From the NCBI GenBank assembly GCA_963817385.1, contig CAWFOM010000009.1:13022-77021 (forward strand): 64,000 nt of DNA, written 5' to 3'. This document shows positions 40,994 through 51,431 of the stretch, piece by piece (positions within the stretch are counted from its first letter, which is position 1; each line of letters opens with the position of its first letter). Source of the stretch: an uncultured delta proteobacterium. Its GTDB lineage: Bacteria; Desulfobacterota; Syntrophia; Syntrophales; UBA5619. The notes under the pieces were generated by a model. It ran no database searches. It saw only the letters and a list, made by a program, of their open reading frames with translations, and had not been told where the DNA came from. The translations under genes and the position numbers were made by a program.

Positions 40994-41083
40994 CAAGCCC
41001 CGCCTTGTAGGCGGGGATAAGGGGCGCAATAAACAGATCCCTTCCTTACCGGGAAGCCCCGCCCTGTGGGCGGGGAGCTTCAA
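40994..41083 (+). mobile_element. Miniature IS200/IS605-type element (paired end hairpins, no transposase) or REP-like doublet
   Basis: AAGCCCCGCC-TTGTA-GGCGGGG and AAGCCCCGCCC-TGT-GGGCGGGG-AGCTTCAA. Confidence 0.6.
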
Positions 41084-41097
41084 TTCTCACCCATCCT

Positions 41098-41874
41098 TCA
41101 TTCCCGGGCTCTGCGGTAACCGGCCCGGATGGCTTCCTTTTCGGATTGAAAAACGACCCGGTGGTATTCCTTGACCAAGTCATAGTACTTCATTCCCGGC
41201 AGGTGATACCGCTTCGAATCGCGATTCCCGATCACCCTGACGCCCTTGGGCTGAGGGGGAATTTTCCCCTCAGCAACGCCCGGCCCGGGGTGAGGAGCTT
41301 CAGGCAGAGAGACCCGGTTCGGAAATATGCTTCGCCCCTCCGCGTCGGCCGCGGGCGTGGGGACGCGGTCCTTGGCGGGAAGGATGTCGATTGCCGTCTC
41401 GGACGGCGGCCAATGATCGGGTGGCGTTATTTCCCGTTTCGTATCGGGCAAGTCAATGAAAAGAACGGAAATGATGATCAGCGCCCCGACGATGACGGAC
41501 AACCAGACCCGCCTTGCGGGGAGATGCCCGACAAGGAGCCTCTTCCCTTTCAATATGGCCGATTTGACCGGGGAAGAGTCGCCATCCGCAAACTGCGTCA
41601 ATTTCGGATATCGCTTCACCCCGCCGGTGCGTTTCCACTCGGCGTCGAAGAGCCTGAGCACCTCCGTCTGATTCAGCTTCAGATAGGCAGTGTATTGCTT
41701 GATCAGCCGTATGCATTCGGAACGCCCGGTAAAGACGTCGAAGTCATCCCCTTCCAGGGCATCGATGAAGGACCTGTTCACCCTCATGAAAAGCGCCATT
41801 TCTTCAACGGGCACCCGGTGTGATTCCCGCTCCCGTTTCAGGTATTGGCCCAGTGTTTCATGGTCCTGATACAT
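41098..41874 (-). CDS. RodZ-like HTH membrane protein with a C-terminal Ada-metal-binding-like small domain
   Basis: TLGQYLKRERE..FIDALEGDDF..Y..YL.L (HTH_25-like), one TM helix, then VIGNRDSKRYHLPG..F.SE.EA..AGYR. Confidence 0.78.
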   Translation of the reverse strand: MYQDHETLGQYLKRERESHRVPVEEMALFMRVNRSFIDALEGDDFDVFTGRSECIRLIKQYTAYLKLNQTEVLRLFDAEWKRTGGVKRYPKLTQFADGDSSPVKSAILKGKRLLVGHLPARRVWLSVIVGALIIISVLFIDLPDTKREITPPDHWPPSETAIDILPAKDRVPTPAADAEGRSIFPNRVSLPEAPHPGPGVAEGKIPPQPKGVRVIGNRDSKRYHLPGMKYYDLVKEYHRVVFQSEKEAIRAGYRRARE

Positions 41875-41898
41875 CGCACCTCGCCGCGAAGCTCTTTC

Positions 41899-42831
41899 TC
41901 ATCCCTTCAGCTTTATCTTTGACGGGCTCTTTGACCTGGCTTCCTGTACCGAGCTCCCCACCGATTGAGTAGATTCGGAGGGCAGGGCCTCCGCCTGAAT
42001 CCCTGCTTCCTCGATGGCGGCATTGATCGCAATCGTCAAATAGGAAATGGCCTGCGCAAGCGAACAGTTCTTGGTCGCCTCCAGCCCCAACGCGATTTTT
42101 TGCTGATTATAGAGGCTGTAATAGGTCAGCGATCCTTTCTGCTCCTGATGCCGTGACTGCTTGACCGCGGTATTGGTGTTGTTGACGGCAAAGTGGAAAT
42201 CTCCATCAGGGATTCTGCTGTTTGCCCGATGGACGACGCGCTTCGCATAATGCCCCAACTCCAGCTTCTTCCCACTCGGCAGGTAGTACGTGGCTGAATC
42301 GATGACATTGGACTGTCCCCATTTGGAGGGATTTCTCTTGCGGGATATCCAGCGGGGATTATAGAAATCGTACCCCTGGTGAAGATTCAGGACGTAATCA
42401 GACTGCCTGATCAGTTGCTTCGCCAGATTTATGACCTTGGCATCGGGATTGGAACTGCCGGCAGGGAGGTTGAACAGGCGGTTCATATCGCCTCCGAGAC
42501 CGCATCGCTTCCCCGCATTGACGGCCGGCCCGTTGAGACGCGGGACGATGATCAGGTTCCCCTTGTTCAGCTTGACGTCTGAATACCTCTCCGCAGTCAG
42601 GTAACCGCCCGCTTCGTCACCATGGATTCCGGCAATGATGAGCAGCGTCGGACCCTCGTGTCTTCCCCGGATCGTGTGAACGGTCAATTCCTGCCGGGTC
42701 TCCTGAAAGTACGCCTGGGTGCGAGATTCCGGGAGTATCCGGCCCTTTTCAGCCGCCAGATCACGAAACCCGAAGCAAAGAACAAGGAACATCGCAACGG
42801 CTAAAAGGCAGACTCGCCGAAAATTGTCCAT
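41899..42831 (-). CDS. M14/M99-type Zn carboxypeptidase (Csd4/Pgp1 catalytic domain-like)
   Basis: Signal peptide; GIHGDE, DMNRLF, LNLHQGYDFY, NPSKWGQS.VID, SLTYY and GLEATK motifs. Confidence 0.75.
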   Translation of the reverse strand: MDNFRRVCLLAVAMFLVLCFGFRDLAAEKGRILPESRTQAYFQETRQELTVHTIRGRHEGPTLLIIAGIHGDEAGGYLTAERYSDVKLNKGNLIIVPRLNGPAVNAGKRCGLGGDMNRLFNLPAGSSNPDAKVINLAKQLIRQSDYVLNLHQGYDFYNPRWISRKRNPSKWGQSNVIDSATYYLPSGKKLELGHYAKRVVHRANSRIPDGDFHFAVNNTNTAVKQSRHQEQKGSLTYYSLYNQQKIALGLEATKNCSLAQAISYLTIAINAAIEEAGIQAEALPSESTQSVGSSVQEARSKSPSKIKLKG

Positions 42832-44123
42832 CCCTTTTGTCCCTTTTTCAGGTAGAATAACTTCTTTGAATCCGCTTCGAAATTGTTGGAACGGTATTTT
42901 TGAATAAACCGTACGACGGCGACCTGTCCCTCCCGTTCCTGCGGCATGATAATGGCCATCTGGTCCATAGTCACGCGAATGAATTTTTTGCCGCTGTTGA
43001 CCCGCTCCTTGTGCCTTCGGAAGGCCTCAAATCGCATCCCTTCGCTATTGATAAAATCCTTTGAATAATAACTCAGGTATTTCCCGGTGTCGCCGCTTTC
43101 CCACGCCTTTCGCCAGTCATCCATGTAATTACGGATCTCCTGAAGCGATTCCTTGCGGCTCTCCTCCTTGACGAAGGTTACCGTATCGACGATGGAAACG
43201 GGTGTGCCGCTGGGCTTGAGCAGAGTCTTGAGTTCCTTGATGTTGTCATTGGAGACGGCGATGCAGCCTTTCGTATTGACGAGGTCTCCCGTTCCGATGA
43301 CCTTCCCGGGAACGTGTCCGTGGATCCATATCCCTGCGCCGTTCTTGCTGTCTTTCCGATCCAGGAAATTGGGATAATTCAGGACAAAGGCCCCTTCCCC
43401 ATAGATTTCGGGCAAGGCGCTCCCCGGTGCATAGCGCAGGGTGAAATAGCTCCCCCTGGGGGTTGCAAAATCCCCGGCCTTTTTCTTGTCTTCGCCATTG
43501 GCCCCGATGATGCATGCATACGATTTGACGAGGACGAACCGATCACCCTGAAATTTGAACAGATGCAGGAGTTTGGTTTCCTTCTCCCCGATAAGCGCAT
43601 ACTCGTCGGCCACCGCCCAGACCAGGGACACCGGTGTTTCGCCGGCCGGTATGATAAATTCCGCTTTCTTGGCCGGTACGGCGGGCGCCTTCGGTTCCGC
43701 TTTCACCGGTGCGGCAGGCGCCTTCGGTTCGGCGACCGCTTTCGCCGATTGCACCGGTTGGGCGGGACGTTCGGCAACCTCTTTCGCCGGTTGCGCGGGA
43801 CGTTCGGCAACCGTTTTCACCGGCGGTGCGGCGGGCGCGGGCGGCACGGCGGCCGTTATCTGACGCCTTGCATCCGCCAGATGAACAAAGGCTTTCTGGA
43901 TATCCGTCCTGCCGAGTGACTCCTGGAGCAGGGCCAGACTCTTGCTTGTCTCCTGAATAACCTGGAGGGCATTCCGGTTGTTTTTTATCTCTTTAAGGAA
44001 AAGAATCAGCAGGGTAACATTGAGAATGAGGAGAATCGCGATCAGTCCGATCCCCACCTTGATATAAAAATCGCTTGCCGTATCTCGATAATTTTTCGGT
44101 AATTTCAGGTTATGAGTCTGCAT
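42801..44123 (-). CDS. L,D-transpeptidase-fold protein with C-terminal NTF2-like domain (Csd6/Pgp2-like)
   Basis: TM anchor and Pro/Ala linker; GD..TP.G.Y, LNYPN, GIWIHG and TKGCIA motifs; tail WRKAWESGD...YY...QKYRS. Confidence 0.8.
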   Translation of the reverse strand: MQTHNLKLPKNYRDTASDFYIKVGIGLIAILLILNVTLLILFLKEIKNNRNALQVIQETSKSLALLQESLGRTDIQKAFVHLADARRQITAAVPPAPAAPPVKTVAERPAQPAKEVAERPAQPVQSAKAVAEPKAPAAPVKAEPKAPAVPAKKAEFIIPAGETPVSLVWAVADEYALIGEKETKLLHLFKFQGDRFVLVKSYACIIGANGEDKKKAGDFATPRGSYFTLRYAPGSALPEIYGEGAFVLNYPNFLDRKDSKNGAGIWIHGHVPGKVIGTGDLVNTKGCIAVSNDNIKELKTLLKPSGTPVSIVDTVTFVKEESRKESLQEIRNYMDDWRKAWESGDTGKYLSYYSKDFINSEGMRFEAFRRHKERVNSGKKFIRVTMDQMAIIMPQEREGQVAVVRFIQKYRSNNFEADSKKLFYLKKGQKGWTIFGESAF

Positions 44124-44266
44124 AGGTTCATTTCGGATCTGTTTGTCTCCCTGTAGATGCGCCGTCCCTGTTTACCGTATCGTAGCAGCTCTTGATCTGG
44201 TTTCTTCTCACAATATTGGCATCCGGTCAAGGGGGAATGTTTCGGAGCCGCCGATCCTGACCCTGA

Positions 44267-44869
44267 TCAGCGGCGAGCCCTGCTTTTTCGTTTCTGCACG
44301 GAAAACCCGAAGCGGCCGATACAGCGCCCGAGGGCAAAATATTGGCCGTGAGCGAATGCGATGAGACCGCCCTTCTCCAGACGGAGCCGTCCTTTACCAT
44401 CGATCAGCGCCGCAGATACCTGCACGGCGACCACTTCCGCCACGAACATCGTGTGCGAACCCAGCTTCAGAGATTCCCGCACCCGGCATTCGATGTTCAG
44501 CGGGCACTCCAGAACGATCGGGCAGCCCACCTTCAACGCCGGAGCCGGCGTCAACCCGGCGCCGGCGAACTTTTCCTCGCTGCGCCCGGAAACAACCCCG
44601 CACCAGTCCACTGCCCTGGCCTCCTTGAGGGAAGGGACATTCACCACGAATTCCCGGGTCTTTTCGATTATTTCATAGGAGTACCGCTCGGGCCGCACGG
44701 AAATCGACAGCATCGGCGGTTCGCTGCACACATTTCCGGTCCACGCGATCGTGATCAGGTTCGGCTTCCAGCCCCCCGTCCCCCCGCAACTCACCAGGAC
44801 CGCCGGAACCGGCGACAGGACATTTCCCGGCTTCCATGCGCGCTTCTCACTGGGTTTCCGTTTTCCCAT
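44267..44869 (-). CDS. Flavin reductase-like (flavoredoxin) protein
   Basis: PVPAVLVS, N.ITIAW, EFVVN, CG.VSGR, ECP.NIEC and LGSH motifs. Confidence 0.9.
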   Translation of the reverse strand: MGKRKPSEKRAWKPGNVLSPVPAVLVSCGGTGGWKPNLITIAWTGNVCSEPPMLSISVRPERYSYEIIEKTREFVVNVPSLKEARAVDWCGVVSGRSEEKFAGAGLTPAPALKVGCPIVLECPLNIECRVRESLKLGSHTMFVAEVVAVQVSAALIDGKGRLRLEKGGLIAFAHGQYFALGRCIGRFGFSVQKRKSRARR

Positions 44870-45027
44870 ACCATCCCGCTCCCTTCCCTGCGCCGCATTC
44901 CCGCCGATCACAAGTACGCGAATTCAGCCGTACGCATACATCAGATCTCTACGGAAAACAAGCTAAGCGGGAACGATTCCGCTTGTTCGACGTCTGTTCT
45001 GGCAAATCGGGGAATTGTCCCCCGCCG

Positions 45028-45252
45028 TTACCGTCGGTTGATGAACCAGAGGATGAGTGAGAGGATCACGCTTACGATGAGCGACGTCATGAGCGGAAAA
45101 TAGAACGAGACGTTCTTCCCCCGGAAGAAAAAATCGCCGGGAAGTCTCCCGAGCCAGGGGATCTTCCCGGCGAGGATCAGGACGAGGCCGATTCCCGCGA
45201 TAAGAAGCCCGATCACGATGAGAAGCTTGCCCAGATGGGAAAAGTCGAACAT
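45028..45252 (-). CDS. DUF2905-type small membrane protein
   Basis: GKLLI..G, LGRLPGD and FYFPLMTS motifs. Confidence 0.85.
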   Translation of the reverse strand: MFDFSHLGKLLIVIGLLIAGIGLVLILAGKIPWLGRLPGDFFFRGKNVSFYFPLMTSLIVSVILSLILWFINRR

Positions 45253-45296
45253 CGCCGTGCACCTCCCGCATCAAGAATTGAAGCTCTTGCTCCCTC

Positions 45297-46253
45297 CTAT
45301 TTCCCGTCCCATGCGAATGGCCGTTCCCGTTCGAAGTCCGGTGAGAGCGCCCGATCATCGACCTCTTGGGTGTAGAGCTCCTCGAACCCCAGATCGACGG
45401 CGGCATTGACCACCCGCTCATACTCCTCGCGGCTGACCCTCCGGCCGAGGAGAGGGTGCTTCACTACGGCCGGGATCGGCGTATACTGGGCCATGAGGCT
45501 CAGAGGAACGAACCGGGAGATCTCCTCCCGGATCGCCTTGAGGACCGCAAGGGAGCTCTCCCAGTTCCCCGGCAGGACGAGATGGCGGACCAGGACCCCC
45601 CGCTTCGCGACCCCGTCCTCGATCTCGAGGCTGTCGCCGACCTGGCGGACCATCTCCCGGAGGGAGGCAAGGGCATGGCGGGGATAGGCCTGCGCCCCGG
45701 AGAAGCGCCGACCGGCCTCATCGACGCCGTATTTGAAATCGGGGAGATAGATGTCGACCATCCCGTCGAGGAAGCGGATGATCCGCTCCCGTTCATACCC
45801 GCCGCAGTTGAAGACGAGGGGAAGGCTAAGCCCTCGTCTGCGGGCGATCAGCAAGGCCGCCATGATCCCCGGCAGATGGGGGGTCGGCGTCACCGGCTCG
45901 ATGTTGTGGCAGCCCAGGGCCTCGAGCTCCAGCATGATCCCCGCGAGCTCTTCCTCCGAGACTGACCGCCCCGCGGGGGAATGGCTGATCTGATAATTCT
46001 GGCAATAGACGCACCGGAGGTTGCAGGAGGAGAAAAAGATCGTGCCGGCGCCGCGCTTCCCCGAAAGGGGAGGCTCCTCGCCGTGGTGGGGGAGGGCCGA
46101 GCTTATGACCATTCCCGCGTCAAGGCGGCAGAACCCTTTCTCGCCTGCCGACCGGTCGACCCGGCACATCTGCGGGCAGAGGACGCACCTCTTCAGGCTC
46201 CGCTTGAGCTGTCCGACCTGCCGGGCCGCATCCGCGTCCTTCATAAAAAACAT
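45297..46253 (-). CDS. PflX-family radical SAM protein
   Basis: C.LCP..C.VDR, H.GEEPPLSG, CNLRCVYCQN, VDIYLPDFKY and RHLVLPG motifs. Confidence 0.9.
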   Translation of the reverse strand: MFFMKDADAARQVGQLKRSLKRCVLCPQMCRVDRSAGEKGFCRLDAGMVISSALPHHGEEPPLSGKRGAGTIFFSSCNLRCVYCQNYQISHSPAGRSVSEEELAGIMLELEALGCHNIEPVTPTPHLPGIMAALLIARRRGLSLPLVFNCGGYERERIIRFLDGMVDIYLPDFKYGVDEAGRRFSGAQAYPRHALASLREMVRQVGDSLEIEDGVAKRGVLVRHLVLPGNWESSLAVLKAIREEISRFVPLSLMAQYTPIPAVVKHPLLGRRVSREEYERVVNAAVDLGFEELYTQEVDDRALSPDFERERPFAWDGK

Positions 46254-46361
46254 CCCTTCCGGCTGTCATCCCGACCGGATTAATCGGCACGCCAAACTTT
46301 CCTCTGCCCGCCGCAGATCGGCCGAGCCGATGAACCGGCGGCCCGCGGGGAAACGGCGCTT

Positions 46362-46778
46362 TCAGACATCAAAGACCACCCTCCCCACCCACCCCTTGGC
46401 CGTCCGTTTGACCGAGGACTGGTGATAGGTGACCGCCTTGATCTCCGTTTTGATCCGGTGCCGGGCCGGATCGAAGGGCTCGCCCCGAAGGTGCGCCGTC
46501 AGGCGCCGGGGGGTGACCTCCCGGATCGTGCATTCTCGCCCCAGAAACCCCATAGAGTTCCACACGGAGAGGAGCTCGCGTAAAAAATTGATCAGGAGAT
46601 CCGCCGCATCCTCCCCCTCGACCGCGATCGTCCTCACCTGAGTCACCCGGATGGCCTCGGTATCCGCCAGGAGGTCGAAGAGGGCCATGGCGGCCCCGGC
46701 ATAGAGCTCCTCGATGGTGCCGCCGGAGACTTCGATCCCCAGATCGGCCGTATGGTCGAAGAGACGGTAGCCGCTCAT
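46362..46778 (-). CDS. Archease
   Basis: Y..FDHTAD and EIKAVTYH motifs; terminal FDV. Confidence 0.93.
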   Translation of the reverse strand: MSGYRLFDHTADLGIEVSGGTIEELYAGAAMALFDLLADTEAIRVTQVRTIAVEGEDAADLLINFLRELLSVWNSMGFLGRECTIREVTPRRLTAHLRGEPFDPARHRIKTEIKAVTYHQSSVKRTAKGWVGRVVFDV

Positions 46779-46832
46779 TTCACCTCCGGCAAAAAGCCGA
46801 CAACGATGCAGATCCGGCGCATATTGCTTGCG

Positions 46833-47900
46833 CTAGAGTTTTTCAATGACATCCTTGAGGCGGCCGCTTGCGATCAGCTCCAGGAACTCCTCGCCGAGCG
46901 GGGCGGAGAGCTCCACCGTCCGCCGCCAGTATGCGATCCGCGTCGCCGGGTTGTCCATGTAGGTCTCGAAATCGCCCCGGTCCGGTATCCTCCCTTCGGG
47001 CAGTCCCGCGACAAAGCCCTCCGACGGATAAACCATGACGACGCTATCGAGCCACCGCTCCGGGGGACGCCGATTCTTGAGTCTCTTGTCCATCCAGCCG
47101 GGAACGATCCGCTCCTGATGGTGGAAAAAGAGGGTCAGTCCGCCGTTGCGCGTCGCATAATCCTGATTGATGTGGTAGTCGGTGAGCCCCCCGTCGCGAT
47201 AGACCCCGTCCGGGGCGCCGAAGATGTCCCGAACGCCGGCGACCGCGATCGGGATGGCGCCGGAGGCGATCACCGCGGATTTGAAATTGACCTCGGAAAG
47301 CGGGATGGCGCGCCCGCGGAACCCCTTGCGCTGGCAGAAATCGGGGGGTTGGGGTCCGCAGAAAAAGACGACCCGCCCGGCGAAACGGGAAAGCAGCGAG
47401 GGGTGAATGGCATTGGCCAGGAAGCAGAAGAGGAAGCCCGCCCTCTGCACCCACGGATGTCCGGAGGAGAGAAGGGGTCCGACCCGGCAGGTCAGGACCG
47501 CCAGGCGGTATCGTTTGCTGGCCAGGGCAAAGGGGAGGGCGTCGTCCTCGACCGCGGCGTTGATGATCTCGCTCAGGGACTGGAGGATCGTCCCGGGAGT
47601 GTCGCTCCTGCCGTAGGTCGCCAAGATATAGGCGTCGACGAGGGCGCGGTAGCTCTTGAGCGCCTCCGGCTGCAGCCAGGCCGCAAAGCGCCACGCCCCG
47701 GCCGAGGCGCCGACGAGCCAGACCGGATAGCGCCTGCCCAACAGCTCCCCCTTCAGGAGGGCGAGATCGAAACCGCTTGCGACGAGCCACCGGGGACCGC
47801 CCGCCGGGCCGAAATAGGTCCCGATGCGGTCCAGACTGAAGCCGCCTGCACGAATGAGGTCATAGGCACGCCGGCCCGCCTTGACACGGATATTTGCCAT
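46833..47900 (-). CDS. Patatin-like/alpha-beta hydrolase family protein
   Basis: AGGPRWL, GASAGAW (GxSxG), ASGAIP and DGG motifs. Confidence 0.75.
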   Translation of the reverse strand: MANIRVKAGRRAYDLIRAGGFSLDRIGTYFGPAGGPRWLVASGFDLALLKGELLGRRYPVWLVGASAGAWRFAAWLQPEALKSYRALVDAYILATYGRSDTPGTILQSLSEIINAAVEDDALPFALASKRYRLAVLTCRVGPLLSSGHPWVQRAGFLFCFLANAIHPSLLSRFAGRVVFFCGPQPPDFCQRKGFRGRAIPLSEVNFKSAVIASGAIPIAVAGVRDIFGAPDGVYRDGGLTDYHINQDYATRNGGLTLFFHHQERIVPGWMDKRLKNRRPPERWLDSVVMVYPSEGFVAGLPEGRIPDRGDFETYMDNPATRIAYWRRTVELSAPLGEEFLELIASGRLKDVIEKL

Positions 47901-48009
47901 TCGCCTGCTTCCTTGTGGCGGCAGAGCCGCCGCGCCTCCGGTAAACGGAAGATGCCGAGCCCCGAGACCTGCCATCCCCGGGGTGAAAAAGCCTGTGCTG
48001 GAAATAGCC

Positions 48010-48038
48010 TTGACACGGCCCGAGGGGTCTTGTAGATT
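48010..48038 (+). promoter_or_regulatory. Sigma70-type promoter of proA-nadD
   Basis: TTGACA-17 bp-TAGATT. Confidence 0.5.
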
Positions 48039-48174
48039 AGCACCGCCCGTCTTTCGGCTGATGGCGGTTCTTATCCGAATATCATTGGATTTGTCAATGG
48101 CTAAGATGGATCCGGACGGCACGCCGAAGGCCGGCGGCGCACCCTATAAAAAGGGCGGAGAGAGGACCGGATGC

Positions 48175-49434
48175 ATGGCGGATATCAGGTTACAGATGGT
48201 TCGGATGGGCCGGGAGGCGAGGCGTGCCTCCACGATCCTCGCCCGGATCTCCACTGAGGACAAAAACCGGGCGCTTGCCGGGATGGCGGACGCGCTCATC
48301 GCAAAGCAAGATCTCCTCATCCGGGAAAACGCCCGGGACCTCGCCACTGCCCGTAAGCTCGGCCTTTCCCCGGCGATGATCGACCGCCTGACGCTTACGG
48401 AGGCATCGATCGGGGGAATCGCCCGGGGCCTCAGGGAGGTAGCCTGCCTGCCCGATCCGGTGGGAGCGGTCACGTCGATGTGGCGTCGGCCGAACGGCCT
48501 GAGAGTCGGCCGGATGCGGATCCCCCTTGGAGTGATCGGAATCATCTACGAATCCCGCCCGAACGTAACCGCCGACGCAGCCGCCCTCTGCCTGAAATCC
48601 GGAAATGCCGTGATCCTCCGGGGCGGCTCCGAAGCAATCCACTCCAACCTCGCCATCTGCCGCATCCTCCAGGAGGTCCTCCGGGACTGTTCGCTGCCCG
48701 AGACGGCGATCCAGATCGTCCCCATGACGGATCGGGAGGCGATCACGGAGCTCCTTACGCTCGATGAGTTCATCGATGTGATCATCCCCCGCGGCGGGGA
48801 GGAGCTGATCCGCGCCGTCGTCCGTGATTCGCGGATCCCGGTGATCAAGCACTACAAGGGTGTCTGCCATGTCTTCGTCGACGACGGGGCCGAGATCGCC
48901 ATGGCCGTCCGGATCTGCATGAATGCAAAAACGCAGCGGCCGGGGGTCTGCAATGCAATGGAAACGCTCCTCGTCCATGAGGCGATCGCCCCCGCATTCC
49001 TGCCGGCGGTGGCCGATCCATTCCGGAAGGCGGGCGTCGTGATCAGGGGCTGCGAGCGGACGCGGACGATCCTGCCGGATGCGGAGGCGGCCACCGAAGA
49101 GGACTGGGGGCGGGAGTATCTCGATCTGATCCTCTCCGTCCGCGTGGTCCGCGATCTCGACGAAGCAATCGCCCACATCGAAACGTACGGCTCCCTCCAT
49201 ACCGAGGCGATCGTCACCGAAAGCTATGAGCGGGCGCAGCGCTTTCTCACCGAGGTCAACTCCTCGACGGTCCTCGTCAACGCCTCCACCCGCTTCAGCG
49301 ACGGCTTCGAACTGGGGCTGGGGGCCGAGATCGGCATCAGCACGACCAAGCTCCACGCCTTCGGACCGATGGGACTCGAGGAACTGACGACAACCAAATT
49401 CATCATATATGGAAACGGACAGGTGAGAACATGA
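48175..49434 (+). CDS. proA: Glutamate-5-semialdehyde dehydrogenase
   Basis: [40 protein letters not shown] and [12 protein letters not shown] motifs. Confidence 0.97.
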   Translation: MADIRLQMVRMGREARRASTILARISTEDKNRALAGMADALIAKQDLLIRENARDLATARKLGLSPAMIDRLTLTEASIGGIARGLREVACLPDPVGAVTSMWRRPNGLRVGRMRIPLGVIGIIYESRPNVTADAAALCLKSGNAVILRGGSEAIHSNLAICRILQEVLRDCSLPETAIQIVPMTDREAITELLTLDEFIDVIIPRGGEELIRAVVRDSRIPVIKHYKGVCHVFVDDGAEIAMAVRICMNAKTQRPGVCNAMETLLVHEAIAPAFLPAVADPFRKAGVVIRGCERTRTILPDAEAATEEDWGREYLDLILSVRVVRDLDEAIAHIETYGSLHTEAIVTESYERAQRFLTEVNSSTVLVNASTRFSDGFELGLGAEIGISTTKLHAFGPMGLEELTTTKFIIYGNGQVRT

Positions 49435-50087
49435 AATGGGGATTGTTCGGAGGCACGTTTGATCCGATCCATATCGGCCATCTGCGATGCGCCGAGGAGA
49501 TGATAGAGATCTTCGACCTGAACCGGATCATCTTTGTTCCGGCATCACGGCCGCCGCATAAGCTTACCGGCGCCATCACGCCCTTCTTCCACCGGGAACA
49601 GATGATCCGGCTCGCCATCGAAGGAAACCCGGCCTTCTCCTTCTCCGACGTGGAGAACCGGCGGGCGGGGATCTCCTACTCCGTGGAGACGGTGGAGTAC
49701 ATCCTGGACACCTATCGCCTGGAAAACCTCGACCTCTACCTGATCCTCGGACAGGATGCCTTCCACGCTATCCGAACCTGGAAGGACTGGGAGAGGCTCC
49801 TGCTTCTGTGCAATTTCGCCGTCATGACGCGCCCGGGCTATGAGAATCTGGGTTTGGAGAAGATCCTCACCCCGGAATTCGCCTCCCGGTTCACGTATGA
49901 CGAGACGGCAAAGGGCTTCCGCGGACCGACCGGCCGGATGATCTGCTTCCGCGAGGTTACCTTCCTCGACATCGCCTCAAGCAACATCCGTAAACGGGCC
50001 AAGGAGGGCAAAACGATCAACTATCTCGTCTCCGACGCAGTCCGCCATTACATCGCTAAAAACTCTCTCTACCGGGATCTGGAGTGA
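49431..50087 (+). CDS. nadD: Nicotinate-nucleotide adenylyltransferase
   Basis: [22 protein letters not shown] and IASSNIR motifs. Confidence 0.96.
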   Translation: MKWGLFGGTFDPIHIGHLRCAEEMIEIFDLNRIIFVPASRPPHKLTGAITPFFHREQMIRLAIEGNPAFSFSDVENRRAGISYSVETVEYILDTYRLENLDLYLILGQDAFHAIRTWKDWERLLLLCNFAVMTRPGYENLGLEKILTPEFASRFTYDETAKGFRGPTGRMICFREVTFLDIASSNIRKRAKEGKTINYLVSDAVRHYIAKNSLYRDLE

Positions 50088-50202
50088 TTGACGCTCTCCA
50101 CAGTAAGCGGTGGAGAATCTTCGATCCTCACGAAGAAAAAACCATTCCGTTTTTGCATGCGTACGCCGCGGCAAGCCATGATGCAGGTACCCGCTGGCGG
50201 AT

Positions 50203-51129
50203 TCAGGACCTGCGGCCGATCAGGGCGGCGTAGAGCTCTTCATGGAGGGGCAGCGGAACGCCGAGGGAGCGCCCCGCCCGGACGGCACAACCGATGAAGA
50301 GCTCCAGTTCGGTCCGTCTCCCCTTTTCGAAGTCGAGCTGCATGGACGATTTGGTCGCCGGAGGAAAGCGCTCGACCGTCGCGATCCCGCGCTCCACGCT
50401 GTCCGGCGGAAGGCTGATCCCCTTCGCCCGGGCGAGGCGCTCGACCTCCGCCATCAACCCCCTGGCCATCGCCCTTCCCTTCGCATCCGCCATCACGTCG
50501 CCGAAGCATTGCCCCATAAGCGAAGTCACTCCGGCCATCGGGCTCACGAAGAGGTATTTTGTCCAGAGGGGAACGGCGATATCCTGCGAGAGCTCCGCCT
50601 TGATCCCGGCCTCCTTCAGGAGCGTCTCCAGCGGCCGGTATGCCTCGCTCTTCCCGTCATCGGGACCGAAGACGAGCTGGCAGGTCCCGCCCACCTGGTG
50701 GACGACGCCGGGCGCCTCGATGAACGTGGAGATGTAGACGCAGCCGCTCAGAACCACGCCGCGGGGAATGATCGACCGGAGCCGCTCGGCGATGTCTACC
50801 CCGTTGAGGACGGGAAGGACGATCGTATGGTCATGCAGAAGCGGATCAAGACCCGCCGCGGCCGACTCCAGGTCGTACTCCTTCACGCAGAAGAGGACCA
50901 GGTCGCAGGGTCCTGCATCGGCTGCGCGGTCCGTCGCCAGATCCGGCGTTGCCCGGCACTCCCCTTCCACCGTCTTGAGCAGGAGGCCATCTTTGCGGAT
51001 CGCCGCCAGGTGTTCTCCCCGGGCGATGAATGCCACCGTGTACTCCCGCGAATCGGCATATTTCCGGGCGAGTTTTCCTCCGAAATACCCACCCACACCC
51101 CCGAGACCGACCACTGCAATCTTCATCAT
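50203..51129 (-). CDS. panE: 2-dehydropantoate 2-reductase
   Basis: G.GGVGGYFG, VKEYD, NG, LWTK and SSMQLD..GRRTE motifs. Confidence 0.92.
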   Translation of the reverse strand: MMKIAVVGLGGVGGYFGGKLARKYADSREYTVAFIARGEHLAAIRKDGLLLKTVEGECRATPDLATDRAADAGPCDLVLFCVKEYDLESAAAGLDPLLHDHTIVLPVLNGVDIAERLRSIIPRGVVLSGCVYISTFIEAPGVVHQVGGTCQLVFGPDDGKSEAYRPLETLLKEAGIKAELSQDIAVPLWTKYLFVSPMAGVTSLMGQCFGDVMADAKGRAMARGLMAEVERLARAKGISLPPDSVERGIATVERFPPATKSSMQLDFEKGRRTELELFIGCAVRAGRSLGVPLPLHEELYAALIGRRS

Positions 51130-51336
51130 CCAGACTCCTTTCACGTATCCCCTACGACCCGGTAAAACTTCTCACCGTCTCGGAAATGCACCCTGAAAAA
51201 CCCTCTCCCCGCCGCCCCGCCAGCTTTTCCTTGCAGCATTTCCGCAAGCGGATTCTTCGTTGCGCCGGGTCGCGCCATGATCCAATATCGAGATCTGTTT
51301 GTCAATCGTTCTTAGCAGGCGTGCGCCAGATACTTG

Positions 51337-51365
51337 TTGACATACCCAGCCGTTCTTTATATTGT
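51337..51365 (+). promoter_or_regulatory. Sigma70-type promoter of the PilZ gene
   Basis: TTGACA-17 bp-TATTGT. Confidence 0.5.
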
Positions 51366-51431
51366 TTCGCGCAACCAGAGCATGTCGCTATCTCTAACCA
51401 GGAGACCGGCGTATCAGGGCGGAAAAGAGTC

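Noticed and set aside
43680-43850. Short direct repeats (GGGACGTTCGGCAACC twice)
   Set aside because: They encode the AERPAQP/AEPKAPA linker of the L,D-peptidase.
48040-48174. Riboswitch or T-box in the proA leader
   Set aside because: Small hairpins only; no recognisable conserved motif.
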